Source: Eubacteriales bacterium (lineage in GTDB: Bacteria; Bacillota; Clostridia; Oscillospirales; CAG-272). From it: 64,000 bases of DNA. The notes under the pieces are model-generated. The model was not told the origin of the DNA and made no database searches. It worked only from the letters and a program-made list of their open reading frames with translations. Each line of letters starts with the position of its first letter. Positions within the stretch are counted from its first letter, which is position 1. The stretch is from assembly GCA_045586225.1 (NCBI GenBank), contig JAZMZX010000128.1, forward strand, positions 95 to 64,094. The letters run 5' to 3'. Both the position numbers and the translations under genes were made by a program. Shown here one piece after another: positions 53,564 through 63,170 of this stretch.

Positions 53564-54007
53564 ATGAATATCACAAACAAAGAATACAAACGCTATGCCG
53601 ACAAAACAGCAAATCACTCGCCCACAGGCAAAAATTGCGTGCACGCATTTTTGTCGGGCGGACTTATCTGTCTTTCGGCAGGTCTTCTTGCAGAGCTCTA
53701 CACCGCTCTTGGAGCAGGCAAGGAGGATGCGGGCACCCTCGCCTCGGTAACTCTCATTTTTCTGGCGGCACTCCTGACCGGCATCGGCGTTTTCGACGAT
53801 ATCGCAAAATGGGCAGGCGCCGGCACCCTCGTGCCCATAACGGGGTTTGCCAACTCCGTTGTGTCTCCCGCCATCGACAACAAGGCCGAGGGCTGGGTCC
53901 TTGGCGTGGGCGCGAAGATATTCACTATCTCGGGGCCCGTTATCCTCTACGGCACCCTTGCGGGCGTGATTTACGGGGTCGTTTATTGGGTAACGACGCT
54001 GACGTAA
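53564..54007 (+). CDS. spoVAC: Stage V sporulation protein AC
   Basis: KNCVHAFLSGGLICLSAGLL and VPITGFANSVVSPAIDNKAEGWVLGVG match my memory of B. subtilis SpoVAC closely; 147 aa. Confidence 0.85.
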   Translation: MNITNKEYKRYADKTANHSPTGKNCVHAFLSGGLICLSAGLLAELYTALGAGKEDAGTLASVTLIFLAALLTGIGVFDDIAKWAGAGTLVPITGFANSVVSPAIDNKAEGWVLGVGAKIFTISGPVILYGTLAGVIYGVVYWVTTLT

Positions 54008-54048
54008 AAAAACCACCCGAAGCCTCACGGCGTCGGGTGGTTTTTGCA

Positions 54049-55965
54049 TCATTTATTATAAAAATCAATAAGGACATCCTCGGGCATAGGACGTGCAAGA
54101 GCATAGCCCTGAACGCGGTCCACACCGTTTGCCTTCAGCGCCTCGACCTCAGCCATAGTCTCTGCACCCTCCGCTATGACCTCGAAGCCCATCTCGTGGA
54201 AAAGCTTCGTCAGCGTACGCGCTGCGGAATAGGTGTCGCTGCCCTCGCGGGCTGGACGCACAAGGCAGGTGTCAAGCTTGATAAGCTGGAAGGGCAGCTG
54301 AAGAAGACAGTTGAAATTGGAATAACCTGCGCCAAAATCGTCCAGGAAGAAGCGGTATCCGTCCTCCTTCAGGCTCTCCATCACGCTTTGTGTCTGCTCA
54401 AAGGTGTCGAGTATCGCACGCTCCGTAAATTCAATACAGATGCGGTTATGAGCAATGCCGGCTCTGTCCACGATGCTGTTCAGCCTTGTGATGAAGCCCT
54501 TATCAAGAAGCTGAGCCATGGGCACGTTCACGGAAACACTGACGGAATCGAGCTCGCGGCGGCGGCGAAGCACGTCGCACACCTCTTCAACCACGAACCA
54601 GGTGATGGGAGCGATGCAGCCCGTTTCCTCTGCAAGGGGGATGAACTCTCCGGGGCTTATCATGCTTCCGTCGGGCTCGCGCAGACGTATCAGCGCCTCC
54701 ATTGAGCAGAATCTGCAGGTGGAGATGCACTGCACCGGCTGGAACCAGACCTCGTAGCCGTGTGCCTTGTCCACGTGCCTCAGGCGCTCCGTGAGATAGC
54801 GGCTGCGGATAAGGTCCTTGCCGATATCATCTGTATACCGTATGTAGCTGAGCTTTTCATTATATGCACGGGAAGCGGCGTATTCAAGCTTTTCGTAAAA
54901 GTCTGCCGCGCTCTTTTCCGTCTCATCAACGGCATATTCAACGTCCACGTACTGCAGCGTCACGTGCTGCCGCATACACCAGATGCCGTTATCAAGGAAA
55001 TAAAGCAGCTCTCCTGTGCGCTTCTCCGCATCGGATTCGGAAAGCGAAGGCATAATGAGCGAGAACACAGTGCCGTTCATATGGAATGCCACCGTATCCT
55101 TAAAGAGCCTTTCAAGTGAGAACGCAAACTGATAAAGAAGCTCGTCGCCGTACATGTGGCCGTATTTGCGGTTTACAGCGCCGAAACCCTTCACGTTGAT
55201 AAGATGAACGCAGAAGCGCTCCTTTGCGTTTATGCGGCGCTCGATCTCCTTGAAGAAGCGGTGTCGGTCGTTAAGATTCGTAAGGGAGTGGATACCCTGG
55301 CGCTGCCCCTGGAAGGAAAGGAAAAGCACCGTATCCACCATAGACATAATAAAGCCGTTGAGCATGATAGCGGGATATATCCGCTGGATTATGATGCACA
55401 TAACGACAACGGGGAACGTCATAAGAAGCACGCGCTTCATGGAGCGGCTCGCCATCTTGCTGTTTCTTGCATAGCAAATGATAACGAGCACCATCTGACA
55501 TATGGTGGCTAAGTATCCGATGGCATTCAAGGGACCGCGGATGTATTTGCCCTCTTCATTGAAGGAGAAGAGCCATCCTGTCCAAAGGTTCAGAATTACG
55601 ATAAGGATATAAACGCAGAAGATCGCCACGAGGCCTCTTACTGCGTTTTTCATACAGTGGTGGCTGTCGTGAGAATGCTCGAGGATCTTTGTAAAGAGGA
55701 AAAGACCGATAAAGGACGTTGTGACGAGATTCACCACGAAATAGAGGGAATTCGCAAGAACGTGCAGCTCTATCCACATTGGTTCAAGCTCCATCAGCAC
55801 GATGGAAGCGATGTCGATAGCGGACGTAAGTGCCGTGCATATCAGCCCGGCAATAAAATACTTGCTTGATAAGGATGTATAGTGAGGGCGCGCCTTGCCT
55901 TCAAAAAAGAAGAGAAACAGGACCAGCACAAGTCCTATTGCAAAACAGTCTCCTACGTAGATCAT
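54049..55965 (-). CDS. Membrane sensor protein with degenerate GGDEF and intact EAL domain (c-di-GMP phosphodiesterase candidate)
   Basis: About 6-7 N-terminal helices. The GGDEF-fold has AVNRKYGHMYGDELL, but NGTVF sits where GGDEF is expected. EAL motifs MEALIRL, EFTERA and DDFGAGYSNF. Confidence 0.75.
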   Translation of the reverse strand: MIYVGDCFAIGLVLVLFLFFFEGKARPHYTSLSSKYFIAGLICTALTSAIDIASIVLMELEPMWIELHVLANSLYFVVNLVTTSFIGLFLFTKILEHSHDSHHCMKNAVRGLVAIFCVYILIVILNLWTGWLFSFNEEGKYIRGPLNAIGYLATICQMVLVIICYARNSKMASRSMKRVLLMTFPVVVMCIIIQRIYPAIMLNGFIMSMVDTVLFLSFQGQRQGIHSLTNLNDRHRFFKEIERRINAKERFCVHLINVKGFGAVNRKYGHMYGDELLYQFAFSLERLFKDTVAFHMNGTVFSLIMPSLSESDAEKRTGELLYFLDNGIWCMRQHVTLQYVDVEYAVDETEKSAADFYEKLEYAASRAYNEKLSYIRYTDDIGKDLIRSRYLTERLRHVDKAHGYEVWFQPVQCISTCRFCSMEALIRLREPDGSMISPGEFIPLAEETGCIAPITWFVVEEVCDVLRRRRELDSVSVSVNVPMAQLLDKGFITRLNSIVDRAGIAHNRICIEFTERAILDTFEQTQSVMESLKEDGYRFFLDDFGAGYSNFNCLLQLPFQLIKLDTCLVRPAREGSDTYSAARTLTKLFHEMGFEVIAEGAETMAEVEALKANGVDRVQGYALARPMPEDVLIDFYNK

Positions 55966-56033
55966 ATATTGCTCCTGTTACTACAAATTACAAATTTAGG
56001 TGCAGTTCGGTTACTTTTTAACTTTATAATTAC

Positions 56034-56062
56034 ATAATACTCCTTATTTTGTGACTTTTCAA
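56034..56062 (-). promoter_or_regulatory. Candidate sigma-A promoter of the EAL gene
   Basis: On the minus strand: TTGAAA (56062-56057), 17-nt spacer, TATTAT (56039-56034). Confidence 0.5.
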
Positions 56063-56145
56063 GCCGTTTTAAGAAATATCAGGTCACTTTTTTTAATAAG
56101 TCGTTTTTTGGAGCCGTTATTTCGTTTCTGTCGTCACTCCTCCGA

Positions 56146-56185
56146 AAAAGCAAAAGCCACCGCAGGGATGCGGTGGCTTTTTTAT
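56146..56185. terminator. Bidirectional intrinsic terminator
   Basis: 12-bp stem aaagccaccgca / tgcggtggcttt (56153-56180) with flanking A and T runs. Confidence 0.75.
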
Positions 56186-56649
56186 TACTCTTTTTCAGCT
56201 GCAGGTCCGTTTATAGCCTCATTCAAAAGAGTGACGAGGCGCCCGCTGAGCACAGCCATAGATTCAATGTGCACCTTCTTTTTTCCAACGAAGACGGTGA
56301 TGGAATCCTTATTCTGTCTGATAGCGGTTATATCGCCAAAGCGATACTCATACGTGTTTCCGAGGAACGTGGTGTACTCGAATCTTTCCGATGAGATCAC
56401 CCGTATGCTCTGATTCTTCCAGCACATAAGTGCTGTGATGCCGAAAGCTATTCCCGCTGCGGCAACAACGATGAGCCACACCTCAAACACGAAAAACAGC
56501 GCGATCGCTGCTGTGAAGCCTGCGATGATAAACACAAGCCCCATGGCAAGAAGCCTCTCGGGCAGGTACATATCGGGGCGGTCTGCGCCCTCACGGCTTT
56601 GCATCTTCAAAGCCTTTTCAAGTATGGCAACGAGGATCTTCAGCTTCAT
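56185..56649 (-). CDS. Hypothetical two-TM membrane protein
   Basis: 154 aa with two adjacent helices and a small C-terminal beta-rich domain. Lies 20 nt downstream of the GH35 gene. Confidence 0.5.
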   Translation of the reverse strand: MKLKILVAILEKALKMQSREGADRPDMYLPERLLAMGLVFIIAGFTAAIALFFVFEVWLIVVAAAGIAFGITALMCWKNQSIRVISSERFEYTTFLGNTYEYRFGDITAIRQNKDSITVFVGKKKVHIESMAVLSGRLVTLLNEAINGPAAEKE

Positions 56650-56669
56650 TTCTTTCCCCCGGGTGCCGT

Positions 56670-58418
56670 TTACTGCTTATTCTTATCGAGAACGGGAGCA
56701 TCGCAGAATTCAACGGTGGGCTCGCCCTTGAGTCCGTCGCCCTCGAAGACCACGATCTCGTTTTCGCCCTTCTTCAGAAGGGATGCGGGTATATAGAGGG
56801 TCACCTGCGGACCGATCTCCCAATAGCGGCCGATGTTGTAGCCATTTACGAGAACGAAGCCCTTTTTGAAGTTATCCAGTCTCATAAAGGTATCGGCAGG
56901 ATCGTCGATATTGATGTTGCCGCGAAGGAACAGGGACTTTTCCGCAGGCATTTCAGCCTTATATTCCACAAGACCCAGATTGTCCATGGGAAGGGTGTAA
57001 ACGTCCCAGCCGAAATGGATCTTTCCGCCCAGGAGGCATCTGCCTGCAATACCCTTCTTGCGCATCATCTTGGGTCCGAAGTTGCAGCGACCCATATTCT
57101 CGCAAAGAACGGTGAGCACGTCACCCTTTTTGGCGGTTATCTTCGTTTCAAGGGAATCGTTTATGTAAAGAACGTCGACGAGCTCTCTGTTAACGTAGAT
57201 CTGCGCTCTGTCGCCAAGGCTCTCAAAGGAGAGCTTTGCGTCTTCATAGTCGCGGTTGAGGGTGGTGCGGTATGCTATGTAGCCGTAGCCCTGACCGTAC
57301 TTTTCCATAGGAAGGGGAACGTCGGAGTGAACGGGTGCGGAAAGCTTATCGAGATTATCGAAAATGCCCGCACACTCGGTGAGGGTCAGCTTGCCGTACG
57401 CCTTCTTGCGTCTGTTGCCGGGCACCTCGGGAAGCTCGCGGTGGATATGCTTTTTGATCACCTCGCGAACTGCGTAATACTTGGGTGTCACGTCGCCGCA
57501 CTCGGAAAGGATGGCGTCGTAATCGTAGCTCGTTACGTCGGGTGCAAACTTTTCATAGTGATTTGCGCCGGAGGTGAAGCCGAAGTTTGTGCCGCCGATG
57601 AACATATACATATTCAGGTGGCCGCGGGTGAGCATATCGTCAACGACCTTGGCATAATTTTCCGCGGAGGTGGTGTGGTGCTCGGGATCGCCCCATGCAT
57701 CGAACCAGCCGTTCCACATTTCCATGCACACCTTGGGCACGTCGGGGAAAAGCTTATCGTGTGCTCTGAAATTCTCCTCAACACGGCTGCCGAAGTTCAG
57801 CGTGGGAAGGCAGCCCTCGATATATCCGTCCAGAATGTCTGTGACGCTCGTTCCGTCGGAGGTGAAAAGAGGCACGTCTATGCCGCGGCGGATGTATCCG
57901 TCGCGCAGATATTTGAGATATTCCTTGTCGTCGCCGTAGTAGCCGTATTCGTTCTCGCACTGAAGCATGATAACGGGACCGCCGTTTGTGGAAAGGAACG
58001 GCCTCACCTCTGCGAGAAGGTGATCAAGATAGCGGTCGAAGTGCTTGATGTATGCGGGATTCGAGCAGCGGATCTCGATATTTTCATCGGACTGTATCCA
58101 CCAGGGGAGACCGCCGAATTCCCACTCGGCGCAGATGTAAGGACCCGGTCTCACGATGACCATAAGACCTGCCGCCTCTGCCGTTTTAATGAAGCTTGCG
58201 ATATCGAGATTCCCCGTGAAATCGTATTCACCGGGCTTTTTTTCGTGCATATTCCAGGCGCAGTACGTTTCAACGCAGTTGCAACCCATTGCCACCATTT
58301 TTTCGAAAATGTCGGCCCATGTGTCGGGCATATTACGGAAATAATGAACGGCGCCCGAAATGAGCTTTATGGGCTTCCCGTCCTTGACGAACTGATCTTT
58401 GATTATTTCAAATGTCAT
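56670..58418 (-). CDS. Glycoside hydrolase family 35 beta-galactosidase
   Basis: ISGAVHYFR, NCVETYCAWNMHE, VIVRPGPYICAEWEFGGLPWW and LQCENEYG motifs. Confidence 0.9.
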   Translation of the reverse strand: MTFEIIKDQFVKDGKPIKLISGAVHYFRNMPDTWADIFEKMVAMGCNCVETYCAWNMHEKKPGEYDFTGNLDIASFIKTAEAAGLMVIVRPGPYICAEWEFGGLPWWIQSDENIEIRCSNPAYIKHFDRYLDHLLAEVRPFLSTNGGPVIMLQCENEYGYYGDDKEYLKYLRDGYIRRGIDVPLFTSDGTSVTDILDGYIEGCLPTLNFGSRVEENFRAHDKLFPDVPKVCMEMWNGWFDAWGDPEHHTTSAENYAKVVDDMLTRGHLNMYMFIGGTNFGFTSGANHYEKFAPDVTSYDYDAILSECGDVTPKYYAVREVIKKHIHRELPEVPGNRRKKAYGKLTLTECAGIFDNLDKLSAPVHSDVPLPMEKYGQGYGYIAYRTTLNRDYEDAKLSFESLGDRAQIYVNRELVDVLYINDSLETKITAKKGDVLTVLCENMGRCNFGPKMMRKKGIAGRCLLGGKIHFGWDVYTLPMDNLGLVEYKAEMPAEKSLFLRGNINIDDPADTFMRLDNFKKGFVLVNGYNIGRYWEIGPQVTLYIPASLLKKGENEIVVFEGDGLKGEPTVEFCDAPVLDKNKQ

Positions 58419-58456
58419 AACAAAACTGCCTTTCGGTTAGTTGTAGGATCAAGACA

Positions 58457-58486
58457 ATTATACAACATAAGGCACGTCAAAGTCAA
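58457..58486 (-). promoter_or_regulatory. Candidate sigma-A promoter of the GH35 gene
   Basis: On the minus strand: TTGACT (58486-58481), 18-nt spacer, TATAAT (58462-58457). Confidence 0.55.
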
Positions 58487-58590
58487 CACGGACAAACTCT
58501 TCCCGTCCTTTCGTGTTTTTATGTTTTTCTATGGCGAAGGCGGAGATTTTCTGTTATACTTAATATAATGAATTTATCGGAGGAACTCTT

Positions 58591-59790
58591 ATGAAATCGC
58601 TCCTGCACTTATATAAGATCGGACACGGTCCGTCAAGCTCTCATTCCATGGGTCCCGCATACGCTGCGGAGGAATTCCGCCGCCGCATAGGCAACGGCTG
58701 CGACCGCATCGTCGTTGTGCTTTACGGCTCTCTTGCCAAAACGGGAAAGGGACACCACACCGATTACGCCGTGCTCTCTGCTCTTGAGGGCATCCCCACG
58801 GAGGTGATCTTCGACATTGATACCGAGGACCTGCCCCACGAAAACACACTTGACTTCACCGCCTACAAGGACGGAAAAGAAGTTCTCACAATGCGCGCCA
58901 TATCCGTTGGCGGCGGCGATATCGAGATAGTGGGCGAGGCGCCCTCCGTGCCCTCGGACGTTTATCCCGAAGACAAGTTCTCCCTTATCGCAGACATTTG
59001 CAAGCACGAGACCATCCGCCTCTCCGACTACGTTTATCAGCACGAGGGCGAGGAGATAAAGCAGCACCTTCACTCCGTTTGGGAGGCAATGAAGGCCGCC
59101 ATCGCCCGCGGTCTTGCCACCTCCGGTATTCTTGAGGGCGGCCTCGACGTTGAGCGCAAGGCGCAGCTTTTATATAATCAGCGCCACATCGACGAAAGCA
59201 AGACCACCCGCGAAAACAGACTGGTGTGCGCCTACGCCTTCGCCGTCGGCGAAGAAAATGCGGCAGGCGGCATCGTTGCCACAGCCCCCACCTGCGGTGC
59301 GGCAGGCGTTATGCCCGCGGCTCTTAAATATATGCAGGAAACAAAGGGCTTTTCCGACGAGGAGATCGTGAATGCTCTTGCAGTTGGCGGTCTTGTGGGC
59401 AACATAGTGAAAACAAACGCCTCCATCAGCGGCGCCGAGTGCGGCTGTCAGGCTGAGATAGGCACCGCCACCGCAATGACGGCGGCGGCTCTGGCTGAGC
59501 TTCACGGAATGGGCATCGACCAGATCGAATACGCCGCAGAGGTGGCCATGGAGCATCAGCTTGGTCTCACCTGCGACCCTATCTGCGGTCTTGTGCAGAT
59601 CCCCTGCATCGAGCGCTGCGCCGTTGCGGCAATGCGTTCCATCAACGCGCTCTCCCTTGCAAATTTCCTTTCCACAACGAGAAAGATCTCCTTCGACCTT
59701 GTGGTCCATACCATGTACGAAACGGGCCGCGACATGAAGCCTCTTTACCGTGAAACGGCAGAGGGCGGCCTGGCAAAGCACTATAAATAA
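58591..59790 (+). CDS. Iron-sulfur-dependent L-serine dehydratase (single-chain type)
   Basis: LYKIGHGPSSSHSMGP N-terminus; TAPTCGAAGV and GAECGCQAEIGTATAMTAAALAE cluster-binding region. Confidence 0.8.
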   Translation: MKSLLHLYKIGHGPSSSHSMGPAYAAEEFRRRIGNGCDRIVVVLYGSLAKTGKGHHTDYAVLSALEGIPTEVIFDIDTEDLPHENTLDFTAYKDGKEVLTMRAISVGGGDIEIVGEAPSVPSDVYPEDKFSLIADICKHETIRLSDYVYQHEGEEIKQHLHSVWEAMKAAIARGLATSGILEGGLDVERKAQLLYNQRHIDESKTTRENRLVCAYAFAVGEENAAGGIVATAPTCGAAGVMPAALKYMQETKGFSDEEIVNALAVGGLVGNIVKTNASISGAECGCQAEIGTATAMTAAALAELHGMGIDQIEYAAEVAMEHQLGLTCDPICGLVQIPCIERCAVAAMRSINALSLANFLSTTRKISFDLVVHTMYETGRDMKPLYRETAEGGLAKHYK

Positions 59791-59874
59791 GCCCCGTGAG
59801 CACCGCCCGCTGTGCTCACCAGGAAAAACGGGCTCACTCCCGTTTATCACACTCTCAGCTTAAAGGAGGCTACT

Positions 59875-60717
59875 ATGACAAAGCAATTCCGTATGAGATT
59901 TCCCGAAGGCAGAATGAAGACCTTCACAATGAGCTACGACGACGGCGTTGAGCAGGATATCCGCCTCATCGAACTGATGAGAAAGCACGGAGTGCACGGC
60001 ACCTTCAACCTTTCCTCCGGCGAATATCCCCCCGAGGGTCACCGCTGGCCTGAGGGGCAGGTCCATCGCCGTATGCCCCTTTCCGAATGCCAAAGCCTTT
60101 ACCGCGGTGACGATATCGAGGTCGCCATCCACGGCACCCACCACCCCTTCTGGGATTCACAGCCCTCTCCCGCCGCAATGTGGTACATTATAAACGACCG
60201 CAGAGAGCTTGAGGCTCAGTACGGCGGCATCATCCGCGGCGGCGCATACCCCTTCGGCACCTTTTCCGACACGGCAGTGGACATTCTCCGCCTTGCGGGC
60301 ATCAGATACTGCCGCACAGTCATTTCCTCCCACAGCTTCGCCATGCCCCGGGATTGGCTCCGCCTTGAGGCCACCTGCCACCACAGAGATGCAGACCTTA
60401 TGAAGCTTGCGGAAAGATTCGTTTCCATCGACCGCCCGAATGCAGAGCCCATGATGTTTTATCTCTGGGGTCACGCATACGAGTTCGAGGGCGCCGACAA
60501 CTGGTACGTTATCGAGGAGCTTCTCGATTTCATTGGCGGACGCGACGATATATGGTATGCCACCAACATTGAGATATGCGACTACACCCACGCCTTCGGC
60601 GAGCTTGTCTTCTCCGCAGACGGCTCAAAGGTGTATAACCCCACCGCCACCGACCTTTGGGGCTTCGACGGCAACACTGTCGTAAAGATCCCCGCAGGCG
60701 AGACCGTTAACCTTTGA
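59875..60717 (+). CDS. Polysaccharide deacetylase family protein
   Basis: TFTMSYDDGVEQDIRL and HGTFNL, then His-containing AIHGTHH and WGHAYEF. ATG 59875 with RBS aaaggagg. Confidence 0.65.
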   Translation: MTKQFRMRFPEGRMKTFTMSYDDGVEQDIRLIELMRKHGVHGTFNLSSGEYPPEGHRWPEGQVHRRMPLSECQSLYRGDDIEVAIHGTHHPFWDSQPSPAAMWYIINDRRELEAQYGGIIRGGAYPFGTFSDTAVDILRLAGIRYCRTVISSHSFAMPRDWLRLEATCHHRDADLMKLAERFVSIDRPNAEPMMFYLWGHAYEFEGADNWYVIEELLDFIGGRDDIWYATNIEICDYTHAFGELVFSADGSKVYNPTATDLWGFDGNTVVKIPAGETVNL

Positions 60718-60719
60718 AA

Positions 60720-62843
60720 ATGAAAAAAACCGTAACGTTTGAGAGTCCCGTGTCGTCCCTTTCGGGCGTTGCCGAGGGTGGAGCCCGCGAAAAGCAGCTC
60801 CACCGCCTCGGTATCTTCACCGTGGGAGACCTTGTGACTCACTATCCCCGCGGCTACGAGGACCGCGGCGACCTGCGTCCCGTTGGCGACGAGCCCGACG
60901 GGATGCCGCATTCCTATATGCTCACAGTTATAACTGCGCCGACGGTGACGACACCGCGGCGCTCTATGACTATACTGCGCTTCCGCGCCGCCGATGACAG
61001 CGGTACTGCGGAGGTTTGCTTTTTCAATCAGCATTATCTGAAGCCCTCCTTCCCCGTTGGTGCACGCTTCCGCTTCTACGGAAAGACCGTGCGTGAGCGC
61101 GGAGGGATCAAGCTTTATTCCCCCGCATTCGAGGCCTTCGGCTCCGAAATGCAGGACCTCGTTCCCGTTTACCGCACAACGGAGGGGCTTTCGCGAAAAA
61201 TGCTCGTTTCCCTCATCGGCAAAGCCAAGGATGCTCTGCTCCCCTCGGTGCGCGACTATCTCCCCACGGAGATACGCCTCCGCCGCGAGCTTTCCACCCT
61301 CCGCTTCGCCTATGAAAACATTCACTCTCCCATAGACAAGGATTCTCTTGAGCGGGCACGCCGCCGCCTTGTGTACGATGAATTTTTCTTCTTCGCCGCA
61401 CGTCTGCGCCTTGCACGCAGGGAAAGAGAATCCGAATCCGCCGTTCCCTTTGAAAGGGTGGACCTGACTCCCTTCAAAAATGCGCTTGGCTACGAGCTCA
61501 CAGGCGCCCAGAAGCGCGCCATATCGGAAATATCCGCCGACCTTGAAAGCTCCGCCTCGCCCATGTGCCGCATCGTCGTCGGCGACGTTGGCTGCGGAAA
61601 AACGGCTGTTGCCGCCGCTGCGGCATATATAACGGCGAAAAACCGCCGTCAATGCGTTCTGATGGCACCCACGGAAATACTCGCCCGCCAGCACTATGCA
61701 GACCTTTCGAAAATGCTGGGGTCCTTAGGGCTCAGCGTTTCCCTTCTCGTGGGCTCCATGAAGGCGGCTGAAAAGCGCGCCGCGCTTGCCTCTGCGGCAG
61801 GGTCCGGCGCCCCTCGCGCCGACCTTATCATCGGCACTCACGCCCTTATCGAGGATAACGTAAAGTTCGATGCTCTCGGCCTCGTTATCACCGACGAGCA
61901 GCACCGCTTCGGTGCCATGCAGAGAGCGAAGCTTGCGGGAAAGGGCGGCGAGGGCACCCACACCCTCGTTATGAGCGCCACCCCCATCCCCCGCACACTT
62001 TCCCTTGTTTTATACGGAGACCTTGACGTTTCCCTCATAGACGAAATGCCTCCGGGACGTCAGGTGGTGGACACCTTCGCCGTTGACGAAAGCTACCGCC
62101 CCCGCCTGAACGCCTTCATCAGAAAGCAGGTGGACGAGGGGCATCAGGTGTACGTTGTGTGCCCTGCCGTTGGCGGCGACGAGGAAGAGGAGGCAGACGC
62201 CGAGGACTCCGCCACCAGGATGAAGGCCGCAACGGAATACGCCCGCGAGCTTTCGGAAAACGTTTTTCCCGACGTTGCCGTGGGCTTCGTTCACGGCAAG
62301 ATGAAGGGCACGGAAAAGGATGCCGTCATGCGCGATTTTGCCGAGGGCAAAATAAAGATACTCGTTTCCACCACCGTTATCGAGGTGGGTGTGAACGTGC
62401 CGAACGCCACCCTTATGGTGGTCGAGGATGCAGAGCGTTTCGGTCTTTCCCAGCTTCATCAGCTCCGCGGACGTGTCGGCCGTGGCAAAGCGAAATCATA
62501 CTGCGTTCTGGTATCAAAATCTGTGACTTCGGAGGGCACTCCCGCCTACGAGCGGCTCATCACCATGAAAAAGGAGCACGACGGCTTCAGGATAGCGGAG
62601 CGAGACCTTGCCCTGCGAGGCCCCGGCGACTTTCTGCCGAAAAACGGCTCGGTCCGTCAGAGCGGCTCCCTTTCCTTCAAGCTTGCGGAGCTTGACGACG
62701 AGAACGGTATGACCTGGCTTCGTCGCGCCTTTGCCGATGCAGGTGAGCTTCTCACCGCCGACCCCGAGCTTTCCCTGCCCGAGCATTCGGAGCTTCGTGC
62801 AAGGATCACCTCCTCTGAGGATGACAGAAACACCATATCATAA
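60720..62843 (+). CDS. recG: ATP-dependent DNA helicase RecG
   Basis: Wedge domain, Walker A GDVGCGKTAVA, ITDEQHRFG and QLHQLRGRVGRG. ATG 60720 lies just after the upstream stop. Confidence 0.9.
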   Translation: MKKTVTFESPVSSLSGVAEGGAREKQLHRLGIFTVGDLVTHYPRGYEDRGDLRPVGDEPDGMPHSYMLTVITAPTVTTPRRSMTILRFRAADDSGTAEVCFFNQHYLKPSFPVGARFRFYGKTVRERGGIKLYSPAFEAFGSEMQDLVPVYRTTEGLSRKMLVSLIGKAKDALLPSVRDYLPTEIRLRRELSTLRFAYENIHSPIDKDSLERARRRLVYDEFFFFAARLRLARRERESESAVPFERVDLTPFKNALGYELTGAQKRAISEISADLESSASPMCRIVVGDVGCGKTAVAAAAAYITAKNRRQCVLMAPTEILARQHYADLSKMLGSLGLSVSLLVGSMKAAEKRAALASAAGSGAPRADLIIGTHALIEDNVKFDALGLVITDEQHRFGAMQRAKLAGKGGEGTHTLVMSATPIPRTLSLVLYGDLDVSLIDEMPPGRQVVDTFAVDESYRPRLNAFIRKQVDEGHQVYVVCPAVGGDEEEEADAEDSATRMKAATEYARELSENVFPDVAVGFVHGKMKGTEKDAVMRDFAEGKIKILVSTTVIEVGVNVPNATLMVVEDAERFGLSQLHQLRGRVGRGKAKSYCVLVSKSVTSEGTPAYERLITMKKEHDGFRIAERDLALRGPGDFLPKNGSVRQSGSLSFKLAELDDENGMTWLRRAFADAGELLTADPELSLPEHSELRARITSSEDDRNTIS

Positions 62844-62855
62844 AACAACATCATT

Positions 62856-63170
62856 ATGAAAAATAAAATTGTAACAGTCTGCGGCTCGCTCCGATTTTGG
62901 GATAAGATCTGTGAGGTCTCGGAGCTTTTGGAGCTTGAGCAAAGATACACCGTCCTCGGCATCGTGCCCCACGTGATAGACAGAGAGCTGACCGATGCTG
63001 AAAAACTCCGCCTCGGCGAGCTTCATATGAAGCGCATTGAGCTTTCCGATGCCATATTCGTTGTGAACGTGGGCGGATATATCGGTGATGCCGTAAAAAA
63101 AGAGATCGCCCATGCCCAAAAGCTCGGCATCGAGGTGATGTATCTCGAACCGCCTGTCCGAGGTGAGTGA
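62856..63170 (+). CDS. Small Rossmann-like protein (nucleoside 2-deoxyribosyltransferase-like pattern)
   Basis: 104 aa. IVTVCGSLRF...HMKRIELSDAIFVVNVGGYIGDAVKKEIAHAQKLG resembles that superfamily from memory; tentative. Confidence 0.35.
   Translation: MKNKIVTVCGSLRFWDKICEVSELLELEQRYTVLGIVPHVIDRELTDAEKLRLGELHMKRIELSDAIFVVNVGGYIGDAVKKEIAHAQKLGIEVMYLEPPVRGE

Noticed and set aside
53635-54705. 356-aa plus-strand ORF spanning the spoVAC 3' half and the antisense of the EAL gene.
   Set aside because: It overlaps two genes with clear homology in other frames or on the other strand. Its product is Arg/His/Gly-rich and low in complexity.
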